Positions 1-8,502 of a stretch of 55,868 bases of DNA are shown in pieces. The translations under genes were made by a program, and so were the position numbers. The first letter of the stretch is position 1; each line of letters begins with the position of its first letter. The notes beneath the pieces were generated by a model. That model did no database searches, had not been told where the DNA came from, and was given only the letters and a program-made list of their open reading frames with translations. The DNA is taken from positions 1 through 55,868 of IMG/VR virus record IMGVR_UViG_3300009081_000016; one strand, 5' to 3'. Source of the DNA: a virus. Its lineage: Duplodnaviria > Caudoviricetes.

Positions 1-123
1 ACCTCCGGAATATCCCCCCTTCTCCCGGTAAAGGGTAAAACAGGGGGTAGAAACGGTGCTCAAAACCCCTAAAATAACGTACCGCAGCGGCCCCAGAGGG
101 GGTTTTCACAGTAAAATTAGGGG
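1..123. repeat. Terminal direct repeat, left copy (assembly circularity; complete genome)
   Basis: 1-123 is identical to 55746-55868 (acctccggaa...attagggg). Confidence 0.97.
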
Positions 124-168
124 AAGGGTGGGGGTTACTTTGGGTAAGTTGCTCTAAAGAGGGAAAAT

Positions 169-230
169 ACAGTAAGTTAGGTGGGAAAAAGGCCCCTCTA
201 AGGCTAACCGTAATAAGAACAGTAAGTTAG
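169..230. repeat. ACAGTAAGTTAG direct repeat pair
   Basis: Identical 12-mers at 169-180 and 219-230; inverted partial copy cctaacttac at 55641-55650. Confidence 0.7.
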
Positions 231-835
231 CCCTGCTGACGTAAACGGGCCTTAACACGAGATTTCAGCCGGAAAAAGGAATGATAGTAGTCGTGACAAT
301 TGCTGCACACAACATATCCTGGACGACAAGAACACTCGATTCCCCATCGATGAAAGAAGGCTTCCCGATTACGTTCATCCAAATCGATGCTATCGGTAAG
401 GGGTGGCCGCACAAAAGCACCCATTTGTGGTTCGGGATGGGAAACTTGGGTTTGCGGTTCTTTCAGGATCTTCCCTCCCAATCCGAATAGCTGCTTAAGG
501 GTTCTCGTAGCTAAAGCTATTGTCACGAAATTATTGACTGTGCTTCCTTGTATAGTAGACTGGAGTGAAATTCCAATCCCCGTCAGTTGTGCCATAAAGT
601 CGGATTCAGCGAGAGGTTCATATCGTCGGGATGTTGCGGCAGGGGAGTAAAACTTAAAATACTCCACGGACGATTCGGAAACAGGATGTCCTCGATGAGA
701 CTCAGAAGCACAGATTCGGAGTTGCGGATATTCCTTATTTCTGTCTCTTCGAAAGTGGGTACAGTAGCATCCCTCACCTGCCCAAACCCAACCCAAAGAT
801 TCAGCCAATTCGATCGCTCGTTTTGTAGTCAACAT
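227..835 (-). CDS. Hypothetical protein, C-terminal Cys/His motif
   Basis: 202-aa ORF coupled to the upstream gene, AAGGA before ATG; CSC...CSNCH near the C-terminus. Confidence 0.6.
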   Translation of the reverse strand: MLTTKRAIELAESLGWVWAGEGCYCTHFRRDRNKEYPQLRICASESHRGHPVSESSVEYFKFYSPAATSRRYEPLAESDFMAQLTGIGISLQSTIQGSTVNNFVTIALATRTLKQLFGLGGKILKEPQTQVSHPEPQMGAFVRPPLTDSIDLDERNREAFFHRWGIECSCRPGYVVCSNCHDYYHSFFRLKSRVKARLRQQG

Positions 836-1475
836 TGGTGATTCCTTTAAGTGAAATAAACATCACCCAAAATCGTGTCTGGAGTATATTCTCCGAACGG
901 ACGGCGTGGTTTGATACGCAAAGAAAACCTCTTCCCCCCGTTACTCCTCCAAAGTGCAAGTAAACCATTTCCGGAGTCCATTGCTTGTAATGAGCGGGAG
1001 ATCCGAATTCATCGCAGTTCACTTCAAAGTACAATCGGCCACCAGGAATGAGAACACGGGATATTTCCGCAATCATCTTCTCGGGATTCGGTGTGTGATC
1101 GATAACGTTGATACATGCTACGTAGCTAAAGCTATTGTCACGAAATTCTTGCATATCCTCCCCGTCTCCCGTAAAGGTGCTGTGGAAATAAGGGAGGAGC
1201 TCGGGAAACAAGCATTTGTAGTCAGCAGCCAGGGGGTCTATGGAGATGATGCGCAAGTTAATTCGCAGTGCATTTTGCTGCTCCCTTGAGAATTCGAAGG
1301 GCGAAACCAAACCACATCCAATCTCCAATCCATGCCCCTGTTCGAATGAAAGAGAAGGAAATCGGGCAAAGAATTCGTGTAAATCTGCTCTTCGCATTTC
1401 CAAAAATCTTTCCTGACCTATCTGAGTATAGAGCTCCCGCCAGAAATTCAATTCAGCACTTTGCTGAGCGGTCAT
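801..1475 (-). CDS. Class I SAM-dependent methyltransferase (Methyltransf_11-like)
   Basis: Motif I LEIGCG, acidic IDP, GEDM..F.DNSFSYV.CINVIDH, EISRVLIPGG. Confidence 0.88.
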   Translation of the reverse strand: MTAQQSAELNFWRELYTQIGQERFLEMRRADLHEFFARFPSLSFEQGHGLEIGCGLVSPFEFSREQQNALRINLRIISIDPLAADYKCLFPELLPYFHSTFTGDGEDMQEFRDNSFSYVACINVIDHTPNPEKMIAEISRVLIPGGRLYFEVNCDEFGSPAHYKQWTPEMVYLHFGGVTGGRGFLCVSNHAVRSENILQTRFWVMFISLKGITNVDYKTSDRIG

Positions 1476-1777
1476 GGTATGTTAACTCCCTGAGGTTTGT
1501 TAGTGTGGATACACGAAATGAATTTGGCCCGTCTTTCTTCTTTTAGGCGAACGACACCCCCTTCTTTGGCATAGGAAGCACGATATATACGTGCAACATC
1601 CCTTGTATCGTATGATACGCACACAACTTCGTCGTATAGAAATTCTCTTCGAAAATAAACAGCGTCCGCCAGAGAACGAAAGAGATGTACGCATCTCTTT
1701 TCGAACGGTCTCACCCAACCATCGGCTTTTATGACCTCAAGATTCTTAGTGGCATGGTATCCGATTCGGGTGGCCAT
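1472..1777 (-). CDS. Small ADP-ribosyltransferase-fold protein (Tpt1/KptA C-terminal-like)
   Basis: GYHATK.LEVIKADG..RP..KRCVHL matches the YHxT...I...G..P..R..VHL pattern; start reassigned to ATG 1777 (TAATG coupling). Confidence 0.5.
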   Translation of the reverse strand: MATRIGYHATKNLEVIKADGWVRPFEKRCVHLFRSLADAVYFRREFLYDEVVCVSYDTRDVARIYRASYAKEGGVVRLKEERRAKFISCIHTNKPQGVNIP

Positions 1778-2370
1778 TATTCTATCCATCCCATTTTGCG
1801 GCGGATTGCCTGAATACAATTGAAACGACCGTTACGGGGTTCTTCGTCTCGTGTCCAATCTACGCAGAGCGATTCGGCAAACTCATAGAGCGCTTCGTTA
1901 GTACGCAGGGTGCTGGCACAAGCAAACAGAAAACCAATTTCGCTTTCGGTTTTGGCCTTGGATCGAAATTCCTCTTCGGGAGTTTTGAAGGTGGGGAATT
2001 CGACCAGCAGGTAATAAGTAACCAAAATGAATGCACCCTCGTGGCTGATAACCGGAACCGTTCTTACGCCTTGCGCATCGGGAGCGATACCGGAAAGAAA
2101 CTCGTTTACTTCGTCGGTGCTGATTAAGCGAAGGGACTCATCCGAAGGATGCTTCCGTCTTGTAAAATTCAAAAGCGCTGTCTTGTAGACCCGCCGAAGA
2201 ACGGTAAGACGGTCGTTGGATGTCTCGGGTGGCGTTCCGTAAAATCGGGAGATGGAACAGTTGGGTCCGTATGTCTGACGTGCTTGCACCAAGGCATGGG
2301 TTGGATCCGTTCCCTCTACCCAGCCAATCTGAAAGCCATCCTGAACAACTTTATAAGTCTGTTTCGACAT
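1777..2370 (-). CDS. Hypothetical protein
   Basis: ORF with GAGGAG before ATG 2370 (MSKQTYK). Confidence 0.7.
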   Translation of the reverse strand: MSKQTYKVVQDGFQIGWVEGTDPTHALVQARQTYGPNCSISRFYGTPPETSNDRLTVLRRVYKTALLNFTRRKHPSDESLRLISTDEVNEFLSGIAPDAQGVRTVPVISHEGAFILVTYYLLVEFPTFKTPEEEFRSKAKTESEIGFLFACASTLRTNEALYEFAESLCVDWTRDEEPRNGRFNCIQAIRRKMGWIE

Positions 2371-2557
2371 CGTTCTCTCCTCGTTTTTCTTTTGAGATGA
2401 CGCGATTGAATTCGGCCCAACGTGGAACGTAGAAATTGGTTCCTCCAAACAGTTCGATGAAGCGTTTTGTATTGTCCTTCCCAAAAGCTTCATAGTATAG
2501 AAATATGAGGGTGTCGGAGAACTCTTCCTTAATTACCTCTTCCCATTTCGTTGGCAA
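2351..2557 (-). CDS. Mor/C-family transcription activator-like small protein
   Basis: EAFGKDNTKRFIELFGGTNFYVP resembles the Mor FGG..IYIP motif; lacks an obvious full C-terminal HTH. Confidence 0.55.
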   Translation of the reverse strand: MPTKWEEVIKEEFSDTLIFLYYEAFGKDNTKRFIELFGGTNFYVPRWAEFNRVISKEKRGENDVETDL

Positions 2558-3227
2558 GTTCGATCCTCAGTTTTACGAGAACGTACTGATAGAGATTTAT
2601 AGCTTCGTCCCGTGTTTTGTTTCTAAAGAACGTCCTACGCAGGATTCTTATGACTTCCTTGCGGGTGCTCCCCACAAGTACAAATGTAGAAACCCAACGA
2701 CACAGAGCAGGATTCATTTTCCAAGAAATCTGAACAACGTTGTTGGCCACAAAGTCTTCGGTGAAATAAGGATTGAAAAACGGATCAGGCGTAATCTCGA
2801 AGGCTTCATTATCCTCTACGAGTCGTTGGTGGTGATATCGAGGAAACCCAATACGAAGTGCTTTCCAATAACCCAACATACGCAACCAAGGAACTATACG
2901 CCCACGGAACGGTTGGAATTTCATCAACTGACCTTCCAAAAAATACAGCAGAAGGTCATGAAGAACATCCTCAAAAGCATCCTCGATACCCATTTCCTGA
3001 ACTGCAAGAGCAACCATGTTCCGGATCGCCCGAGATATCCCTTGGACCAAAACCCCCGTAGATACCCCCGTTCGTTGGTAGCGGATTACCTCCTCGTACA
3101 GCCACTCCTCAAATTCGGCAGGTTCAAGCGTTTCAGGAACTGGGAGGTGTTTCCTCCGCAAACGCAGCATCTTCCTCGTTGGAAACGCTTGTTCGTCTTT
3201 GTTGTTTCCTCGGAGATTACGAGGCAT
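2529..3227 (-). CDS. Sigma70 region 2-like protein (start uncertain)
   Basis: FEDVLHDLLLYFLEG.LMKFQPFRGRIVPWL resembles the sigma region 2 ED..Q...KFDP.RG pattern. Confidence 0.5.
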   Translation of the reverse strand: MPRNLRGNNKDEQAFPTRKMLRLRRKHLPVPETLEPAEFEEWLYEEVIRYQRTGVSTGVLVQGISRAIRNMVALAVQEMGIEDAFEDVLHDLLLYFLEGQLMKFQPFRGRIVPWLRMLGYWKALRIGFPRYHHQRLVEDNEAFEITPDPFFNPYFTEDFVANNVVQISWKMNPALCRWVSTFVLVGSTRKEVIRILRRTFFRNKTRDEAINLYQYVLVKLRIELANEMGRGN

Positions 3228-3280
3228 TCTGTTTTCCTTCTGCAGCGACGACAGAACATGGTTCTGTATTTAGTGTTCAT
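3086..3280 (-). CDS. Small zinc-ribbon protein (DUF5679-like)
   Basis: MFCRRCRRKTE...TKTNKRFQRGRCCVCG two-CxxC pattern; overlaps the 5' end of 2529..3227. Confidence 0.55.
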   Translation of the reverse strand: MNTKYRTMFCRRCRRKTECLVISEETTKTNKRFQRGRCCVCGGNTSQFLKRLNLPNLRSGCTRR

Positions 3281-3282
3281 AC

Positions 3283-3495
3283 TTATTTGGTGGGCTTGAA
3301 GAACTTTTCAATCAACGAAAGGAAAGAAACATTCGATGCCATTCTTTTCATAGCACGAACCTTAACCGCTGCTGCTCGAATGTCCTGCTTCACCAGATAA
3401 AGACGGTGATTCTGGCGTCTCTCGATGTTCTCCTCCCCCCGCTTCTTCGAGAGACGGTTGTGCCGTCGGCGTTGTTCCGGAGACTGTTTCTTCAT
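3283..3495 (-). CDS. Small basic hypothetical protein
   Basis: TTAGGAG before ATG; Arg/Lys-rich 70 aa. Confidence 0.55.
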   Translation of the reverse strand: MKKQSPEQRRRHNRLSKKRGEENIERRQNHRLYLVKQDIRAAAVKVRAMKRMASNVSFLSLIEKFFKPTK

Positions 3496-3817
3496 TCTTC
3501 TCTCCTAAGGATTTGTGGATTCTGCTAACCATACCCAAACACACAGCCCGATATTCGACAGCTAACGTAGCCATCCTTTTAAGGTCTTCGAGGTTATTTC
3601 GGGCCTCCCCTATAACTCCCCCTTCCATCAATTGTGGTGTCCGCTGAGGAGTTGGAGGGTTTAGGGCGATCTCGATTTCTGACAGGAAACGCACGAAGGG
3701 AATCTCAGAAAAGGTTTTTCCTGTTGCGACGAGGAGTCCCTGTATCAAAGTAAACTCCTCGTCGGTTAGACGTCGGCCAATGGGGCGAGGGTGAAAGGGG
3801 GTAATTATCTTAGTCAT
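3362..3817 (-). CDS. Hypothetical protein
   Basis: GGAG before ATG 3817; coupled to the radical SAM gene. Confidence 0.55.
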   Translation of the reverse strand: MTKIITPFHPRPIGRRLTDEEFTLIQGLLVATGKTFSEIPFVRFLSEIEIALNPPTPQRTPQLMEGGVIGEARNNLEDLKRMATLAVEYRAVCLGMVSRIHKSLGEKNEETVSGTTPTAQPSLEEAGGGEHRETPESPSLSGEAGHSSSSG

Positions 3818-4730
3818 GAGTTTCTCCAAACGGATTGCGAACTAAGCCAACATACGCTCCTCCGGAGTAAGAGCACGCGGCGCAGGGGGAAATCTTAGAT
3901 CGTTCTTTCCGGTACAGAGTTTTCAAGATCGATAGATGGGTTTTCGAATACCAAATTTCCCGGAGACTGTACTCTTCCTCTGTTCCCAGAACGTTCTGTT
4001 CGCGCCAGTCCATACAGCAGATAAGGAATTTACCGGAATAGGTAATGGTGCATTCACGAAAAGGCCGAGTACACATCTTAGCCAACGGCGTAGTTGGTTG
4101 GGGATGACCCAATTCCCGGAGAACAATATTAGATACGTTTCCGGCGTAATTGTGAATTGTACGGGAGCGTCCTGCCTTTACCTTCAAAATGTCAGGAACC
4201 AAATTCAGAACCCGAAGCTTTTCGCCTTTTGGGTATCTCCTATAGGCACTGAATTCCCGGAAGTCGGAAATGGTTATGGTATTCAGTGGGTGGGAGAAGG
4301 AAAGAAGTTCCACCATTCGGTTGTAGGTGTTCCCGTAGCAATCGATGTTCAGAATGTTTATCCCCGATTCGATGATCTGAGTTATGAACGCAGGTTGGGA
4401 ACGAATGGTATCCCCGTTGGTAAACAGGGACATCTGAACAAGGGGGAGAACCTCCCGGAAAGTCTTAATCGCATCCAATAAATGAGGATGCATAAGCGGC
4501 TCCCCTCGCATGGCGAACTCTATTCGTCCTCGTTCATTCAGAACCCGAATCTGATGGGCCATTCGATAAGCCAATTCGAGACTCATGTTCCATTGGGGGG
4601 TAGAAGCAGGTTCGTATGCGGAGGGACAAAATCGGCAACCCCGATCACACCCTCGATGTAGTTCAATCTTGAACGTCGTTGGCCGCGCAATGAGGTTTTC
4701 ATACCGACGTGAAATGGATGACGGTGGCAA
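3810..4730 (-). CDS. Radical SAM protein with C-terminal SPASM/twitch domain
   Basis: CDRGCRFC (CxxxCxxC), RGEPLMHP, FTNG; C-terminal CTRPF...ICCMD...PCAAC; TTG start with AGGAG. Confidence 0.9.
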   Translation of the reverse strand: MPPSSISRRYENLIARPTTFKIELHRGCDRGCRFCPSAYEPASTPQWNMSLELAYRMAHQIRVLNERGRIEFAMRGEPLMHPHLLDAIKTFREVLPLVQMSLFTNGDTIRSQPAFITQIIESGINILNIDCYGNTYNRMVELLSFSHPLNTITISDFREFSAYRRYPKGEKLRVLNLVPDILKVKAGRSRTIHNYAGNVSNIVLRELGHPQPTTPLAKMCTRPFRECTITYSGKFLICCMDWREQNVLGTEEEYSLREIWYSKTHLSILKTLYRKERSKISPCAACSYSGGAYVGLVRNPFGETHD

Positions 4731-4736
4731 ATTCTC

Positions 4737-5177
4737 CTACCTTTCGTCGTTGGGAGACTGAACATCCTCACCGCTATATCCGTTGTCTATGGGTTCGTGT
4801 TTTGGATCTTCTGCCCCTTTGGTGGCTTTATCCTCTGCGCATTTTGCGGTGTGGGTGGTGTAGGAACCGTCGTCATATCCTACCATAACAAAAATCTCCA
4901 CATCCATCTTCGTTTTCAGGTAAGATATGCAGACGTCCCATATCCCATCTACCGGAAGTAGGAGAGGTTCATCCATACTGCGTGACACCGTACGTCCCAC
5001 GACCCGGTCGTCCACAACTACTTCGATTAGGACAATCTGCGGGACAGAGGTCGGGTCACGCGGATTCAGGTCTGCCTTCAATGGAACGGTTAGTTTATCA
5101 GAAAAGTTCGACGGATCACTCAGCTGTCGGAACACTTCATTCGGATCCGTTAGGTGTCTCACCATTGTGGTCTTCAT
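4737..5177 (-). CDS. Hypothetical protein
   Basis: ORF fills the gap in the operon; start uncertain. Confidence 0.55.
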   Translation of the reverse strand: MKTTMVRHLTDPNEVFRQLSDPSNFSDKLTVPLKADLNPRDPTSVPQIVLIEVVVDDRVVGRTVSRSMDEPLLLPVDGIWDVCISYLKTKMDVEIFVMVGYDDGSYTTHTAKCAEDKATKGAEDPKHEPIDNGYSGEDVQSPNDER

Positions 5178-5622
5178 TGTTTGGGCCTTTCGTTTCGTTT
5201 GATTCTCGGATTTGTATTCTACCGCTACGAACTCCAAATAGATTGTCGAAGGGGGAAGGAAATGTATTTTCCCAGGGGGAAGGTGGGATCTTCGTTATGT
5301 AGTTGCACCAGAAAACGTTATCCGTGCGTAGGTGGTTAAGAAAGTCCGTTGCAGGTTGCCGATCCAAAATTTCTTTGTAGGTATACCCCTTTAGGAAGGG
5401 GCATTTCGGATCTTTACACTGGAAAAAGTATTGCCCGTTTCGGTAGTTGTGGTTTCGAGTAGGAAAGTAGGTCGGCAATTGCGTTAGGCCCTTCTTTCCG
5501 CATTCCGGACACCGTAACGTCCCTGTGCCAATCAAGGCTCCCTGTAAGCGTTCCCTTTCCTTCTTTGCCAGCATGGGGTGGGTAAAAAAATCAATAAGAG
5601 CAGACAAAATAGAGCGCTTCAT
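5137..5622 (-). CDS. Zinc-ribbon protein
   Basis: CPECG...FFQCKDPKC C4 ribbon. Confidence 0.55.
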   Translation of the reverse strand: MKRSILSALIDFFTHPMLAKKERERLQGALIGTGTLRCPECGKKGLTQLPTYFPTRNHNYRNGQYFFQCKDPKCPFLKGYTYKEILDRQPATDFLNHLRTDNVFWCNYITKIPPSPWENTFPSPFDNLFGVRSGRIQIRESNETKGPNNEDHNGETPNGSE

Positions 5623-5626
5623 AATG

Positions 5627-6565
5627 CTACTCCAACCGCAATTTAGGTTCCTTAGGAACTTCTCCTGCTTTTATTAGGGCAGGATAAAGTGACAACAAGG
5701 GAGTGTATTTGGAGGAATAGGGTGTAGATACCAAGGGAGAATACCGAGCAAACAAATTTACGAAAGCGGCCTCCGAACGTTCCCGATACCCAGTAGAGCC
5801 CAATGAACTAAGCTTTTCTCCGATGACAGGCCACTCTACGTAGCACCCGCTATTACACAACAACTCCAACCCTCGAAGTTGCGCGCGCAAGCACCAGTCT
5901 ACATCCTGTATAGGTTTTCTGTTTCTCAAGAAGGGACCGATCTCCCGAAAAAGACTGTTATTGAGTATGAAGAAATTAGATAAGAGAACTGTCCTTCGAA
6001 TATACCGACGCCAGTCGTCAAGAGGATTGTATCCCTTCTCCATTAACTGAGATACTTCTAACGAAGTCTGAGTTCCGGTTATTTTGCATATTGTTCGAAA
6101 GAACTTGTGTCGCTGTACAAACTTGATACCGGCAACATGATCATTCTTGTCCATCAGGTGCAACATGAATAACAAATGTTCATAAAGCGGAGGGTTCATT
6201 TGAAGAGCGCCATCCCGATCCCGCATTCGAATATCATCGTCTGCGTGAAGCGTATATTTAAATCCAAACTTGTCCGAAATCCAAGCGGCGATGTTTCGGG
6301 CAGCAGATATCCCTATCGCCTTCTCGTAGTCTACATACGCAAAGATATTGAGATTTCTGCTCTCATCAAATAGATCCCCCTGTCCAACAAGACAAACGGG
6401 AAGTGTGGGCATCGTACGACTGCAGTCACGCAAAAAGCCTTCGATCCTGCGTGGCCGATTATAGCAAATAACTCCAATCATGCAGGACTGATCGGTTCTT
6501 AGCCGTTCGTTTATAAGAACTCTGCGAGGAGAGATGCCTTCGGACAAAGAAGTTGGAATTTTCAT
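5627..6565 (-). CDS. GT-A fold glycosyltransferase (GT2; possibly TAGT/JGT-like DNA glycosyltransferase)
   Basis: IGVICYNRP, GISAARN, LHADDDI (DxD), IQDVDWCLR; located among DNA metabolism genes. Confidence 0.75.
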   Translation of the reverse strand: MKIPTSLSEGISPRRVLINERLRTDQSCMIGVICYNRPRRIEGFLRDCSRTMPTLPVCLVGQGDLFDESRNLNIFAYVDYEKAIGISAARNIAAWISDKFGFKYTLHADDDIRMRDRDGALQMNPPLYEHLLFMLHLMDKNDHVAGIKFVQRHKFFRTICKITGTQTSLEVSQLMEKGYNPLDDWRRYIRRTVLLSNFFILNNSLFREIGPFLRNRKPIQDVDWCLRAQLRGLELLCNSGCYVEWPVIGEKLSSLGSTGYRERSEAAFVNLFARYSPLVSTPYSSKYTPLLSLYPALIKAGEVPKEPKLRLE

Positions 6566-6996
6566 TTCTGTTGCTCTATAAATCTTTTGGCCATCGAAAT
6601 AAATTGCCTAAAGTCTTCGGATGTTGGGGGACTCCAAATCTCCAACTCCACCCACTCGTATTCCTTACCGGGAGCCTTTATCTTGATCTGCTGAGGAACG
6701 GGGACACTAACGTATTTAGGTTTGTCCCCCGCGATTATTCCGCTTTCAACCAGCGCATCGTTGATCACCTTAACGTAGGAACCGTATACGTTATCAATGT
6801 CTAACTGATTTCTACGATAAAGCGTATACCGCAAAATGGCAAAGGAAAATAGCGGAGGTCGTCCAACGCGTATTCTTCGGCGAAGAAAGCCTTCAATCTT
6901 CCTTCGTGCTGACAATTTCAGACCAAAATGACCGCCGATTAGACGATTCAGTGGGGGCAGATCTTCCTGAATGATTATCTTCACGTAACGAAACAT
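6562..6996 (-). CDS. rusA: RusA-like Holliday junction resolvase
   Basis: LPPLN; RNQLDIDNV...KVINDALVESGIIAGD acidic motif. Confidence 0.75.
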   Translation of the reverse strand: MFRYVKIIIQEDLPPLNRLIGGHFGLKLSARRKIEGFLRRRIRVGRPPLFSFAILRYTLYRRNQLDIDNVYGSYVKVINDALVESGIIAGDKPKYVSVPVPQQIKIKAPGKEYEWVELEIWSPPTSEDFRQFISMAKRFIEQQK

Positions 6997-7390
6997 TAAC
7001 CGTTTCCCGTTCTATTAGTTTCAGCCCATCGACAAGAAGACCATCCCGAACTAAAGATTGAATGATCGTTCTATTCGGAGTTACGGACAAGATCTCGGGT
7101 ATGTCCTTCTCTTGAGCAAACTGGATCAGCGAAGTAAGATCGTACTCCCAAGAAGGAGTTGTCCGAATGGACACCGTTCCTCGAGTGGTTTTTACCGAGC
7201 GGCGGTCATCCTCTCGAAGGAGGGTTTGCAAAGACTCCCGTAGATAAGCCAGTTGCCATTCTACCTTTCGGGTTTCCCGAGAAATGAATTCTCGTGTTTC
7301 CCGAGAATACTGAACCAACTCCGCCTTCCGAACGTTGATCTGACGAATCTCATCGAGGATGTCGTCTACGGTGGACAGACTTATGGCCAT
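6893..7390 (-). CDS. Gam/Gp157-like coiled-coil DNA end-binding protein
   Basis: Coiled coil then RSVKTTRGTVSIRTT and PNRTIIQ...VDGLKLIERETV; start reassigned to ATG 7390. Confidence 0.6.
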   Translation of the reverse strand: MAISLSTVDDILDEIRQINVRKAELVQYSRETREFISRETRKVEWQLAYLRESLQTLLREDDRRSVKTTRGTVSIRTTPSWEYDLTSLIQFAQEKDIPEILSVTPNRTIIQSLVRDGLLVDGLKLIERETVNVSLREDNHSGRSAPTESSNRRSFWSEIVSTKED

Positions 7391-7595
7391 GGAATGCCTT
7401 TCTATTCCGAAATAATAAACGTATCTCCGCTCTCTTAAGCGAACGAATTGGAATGGGCCCAAATGTAGTTCCCATATCGTTACTCAGAAATACCAACTCC
7501 CGTTCCGGGGGTCTTGGAGGTGGGACAATAGCAACTATGGTGCACAGAGAATTGGCGTATACAACAAGGTCCCCTCTTTTAAAGTGGATTGGCAT
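7350..7595 (-). CDS. Small hypothetical protein (SH3/KOW-like start)
   Basis: FKRGDLVVY; coupled to neighbours. Confidence 0.5.
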   Translation of the reverse strand: MPIHFKRGDLVVYANSLCTIVAIVPPPRPPERELVFLSNDMGTTFGPIPIRSLKRAEIRLLFRNRKAFHGHKSVHRRRHPR

Positions 7596-8496
7596 CTTCC
7601 AACCCCCGAAAAGCTGAAACCCAAAACTTAAAGCGAGTCAGCATGGAAACAAACCTTCGTTCAATGAAATATTGACGAACCCAGTTCCAATCTATTTCTG
7701 GTTTGGAGTAATGGTGAAGAACGCTATCCAAGTCATCCGTATAGGGGAATAACGAAAGATCCGTTAGCATTCGAGCCATATTGCACACCGAGAGATTTGA
7801 ACGTACGATTGGTTCGTGATTAGCCAGATCGTTTATGTTATCATAGCGATTGGCCCAACGAGCAGCCGTTTTGGGGCCAACTCTAAATATCCCGGGAACG
7901 TCATCCCCCGAATCTCCCTTGAGAGACATGAACAGGGGTAGACGATCCTGCCGAACCCCAGCCAATTTCTTACTGTCGGCCGCAAACTTCCTGTAGTTGT
8001 CTAACGTAACCAAAGTATTGGTGTGTGTCAAAAGAACCTGAACGTTCTTACTCAGTAACTGGAGCCAATCGTGATCCACTGTGACCAAAACGAAATTGGA
8101 CTTCTCTTTCAGGGGAAATCGATTTACAATATAATATGCCAGATCGTCCGCCTCCATACCAACCCAACGAAGTTGGTATATTGGCATGCGTCTGAGGATC
8201 TCTTCGCACTCCCCAATCTGACGATACCGCTCCTGCTTCCGTAGCCTGTCGGCCTCGTCCTTGGGTTTTCTTCTACTCTTGTAACCAGAAAAGAGCCTCT
8301 TTCGGTACAACGTCTTAGCGGGAGAATCCCAGCAGACGAATACATGGGTAGGATCCATGGTCTCCACAGCCAGCTGTAGCAACTCTAAGGTGCCATAGAT
8401 ACCACTCACTCTCCGTCCGCTGGGATCCGTTAAATCAAGGACCATGTCCGCACGGTAGAGAAGAGGATTGCCGTCTACTACCATAATACGGTTCAT
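7579..8496 (-). CDS. 5'-3' exonuclease / flap endonuclease
   Basis: VVDGNPLLYR, WD, YKSRR, EADD, DHDWLQL, GDSGDDVPGIFRVGPKTA. Confidence 0.95.
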   Translation of the reverse strand: MNRIMVVDGNPLLYRADMVLDLTDPSGRRVSGIYGTLELLQLAVETMDPTHVFVCWDSPAKTLYRKRLFSGYKSRRKPKDEADRLRKQERYRQIGECEEILRRMPIYQLRWVGMEADDLAYYIVNRFPLKEKSNFVLVTVDHDWLQLLSKNVQVLLTHTNTLVTLDNYRKFAADSKKLAGVRQDRLPLFMSLKGDSGDDVPGIFRVGPKTAARWANRYDNINDLANHEPIVRSNLSVCNMARMLTDLSLFPYTDDLDSVLHHYSKPEIDWNWVRQYFIERRFVSMLTRFKFWVSAFRGLEDANPL

Positions 8497-8502
8497 TGAC
8501 TG

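Noticed and set aside
1-123. 123-bp repeat as a biological terminal repeat
   Set aside because: An exact end-to-end overlap is the usual assembler signature of a circular contig; it cannot be called a physical DTR without reads.
2505-3299. Long plus-strand ORFs (2505..3299, 15716..16393, 19575..20189, 42307..42969, 50820..51737)
   Set aside because: They are antisense shadows of well-supported minus-strand genes and have no recognisable motifs.
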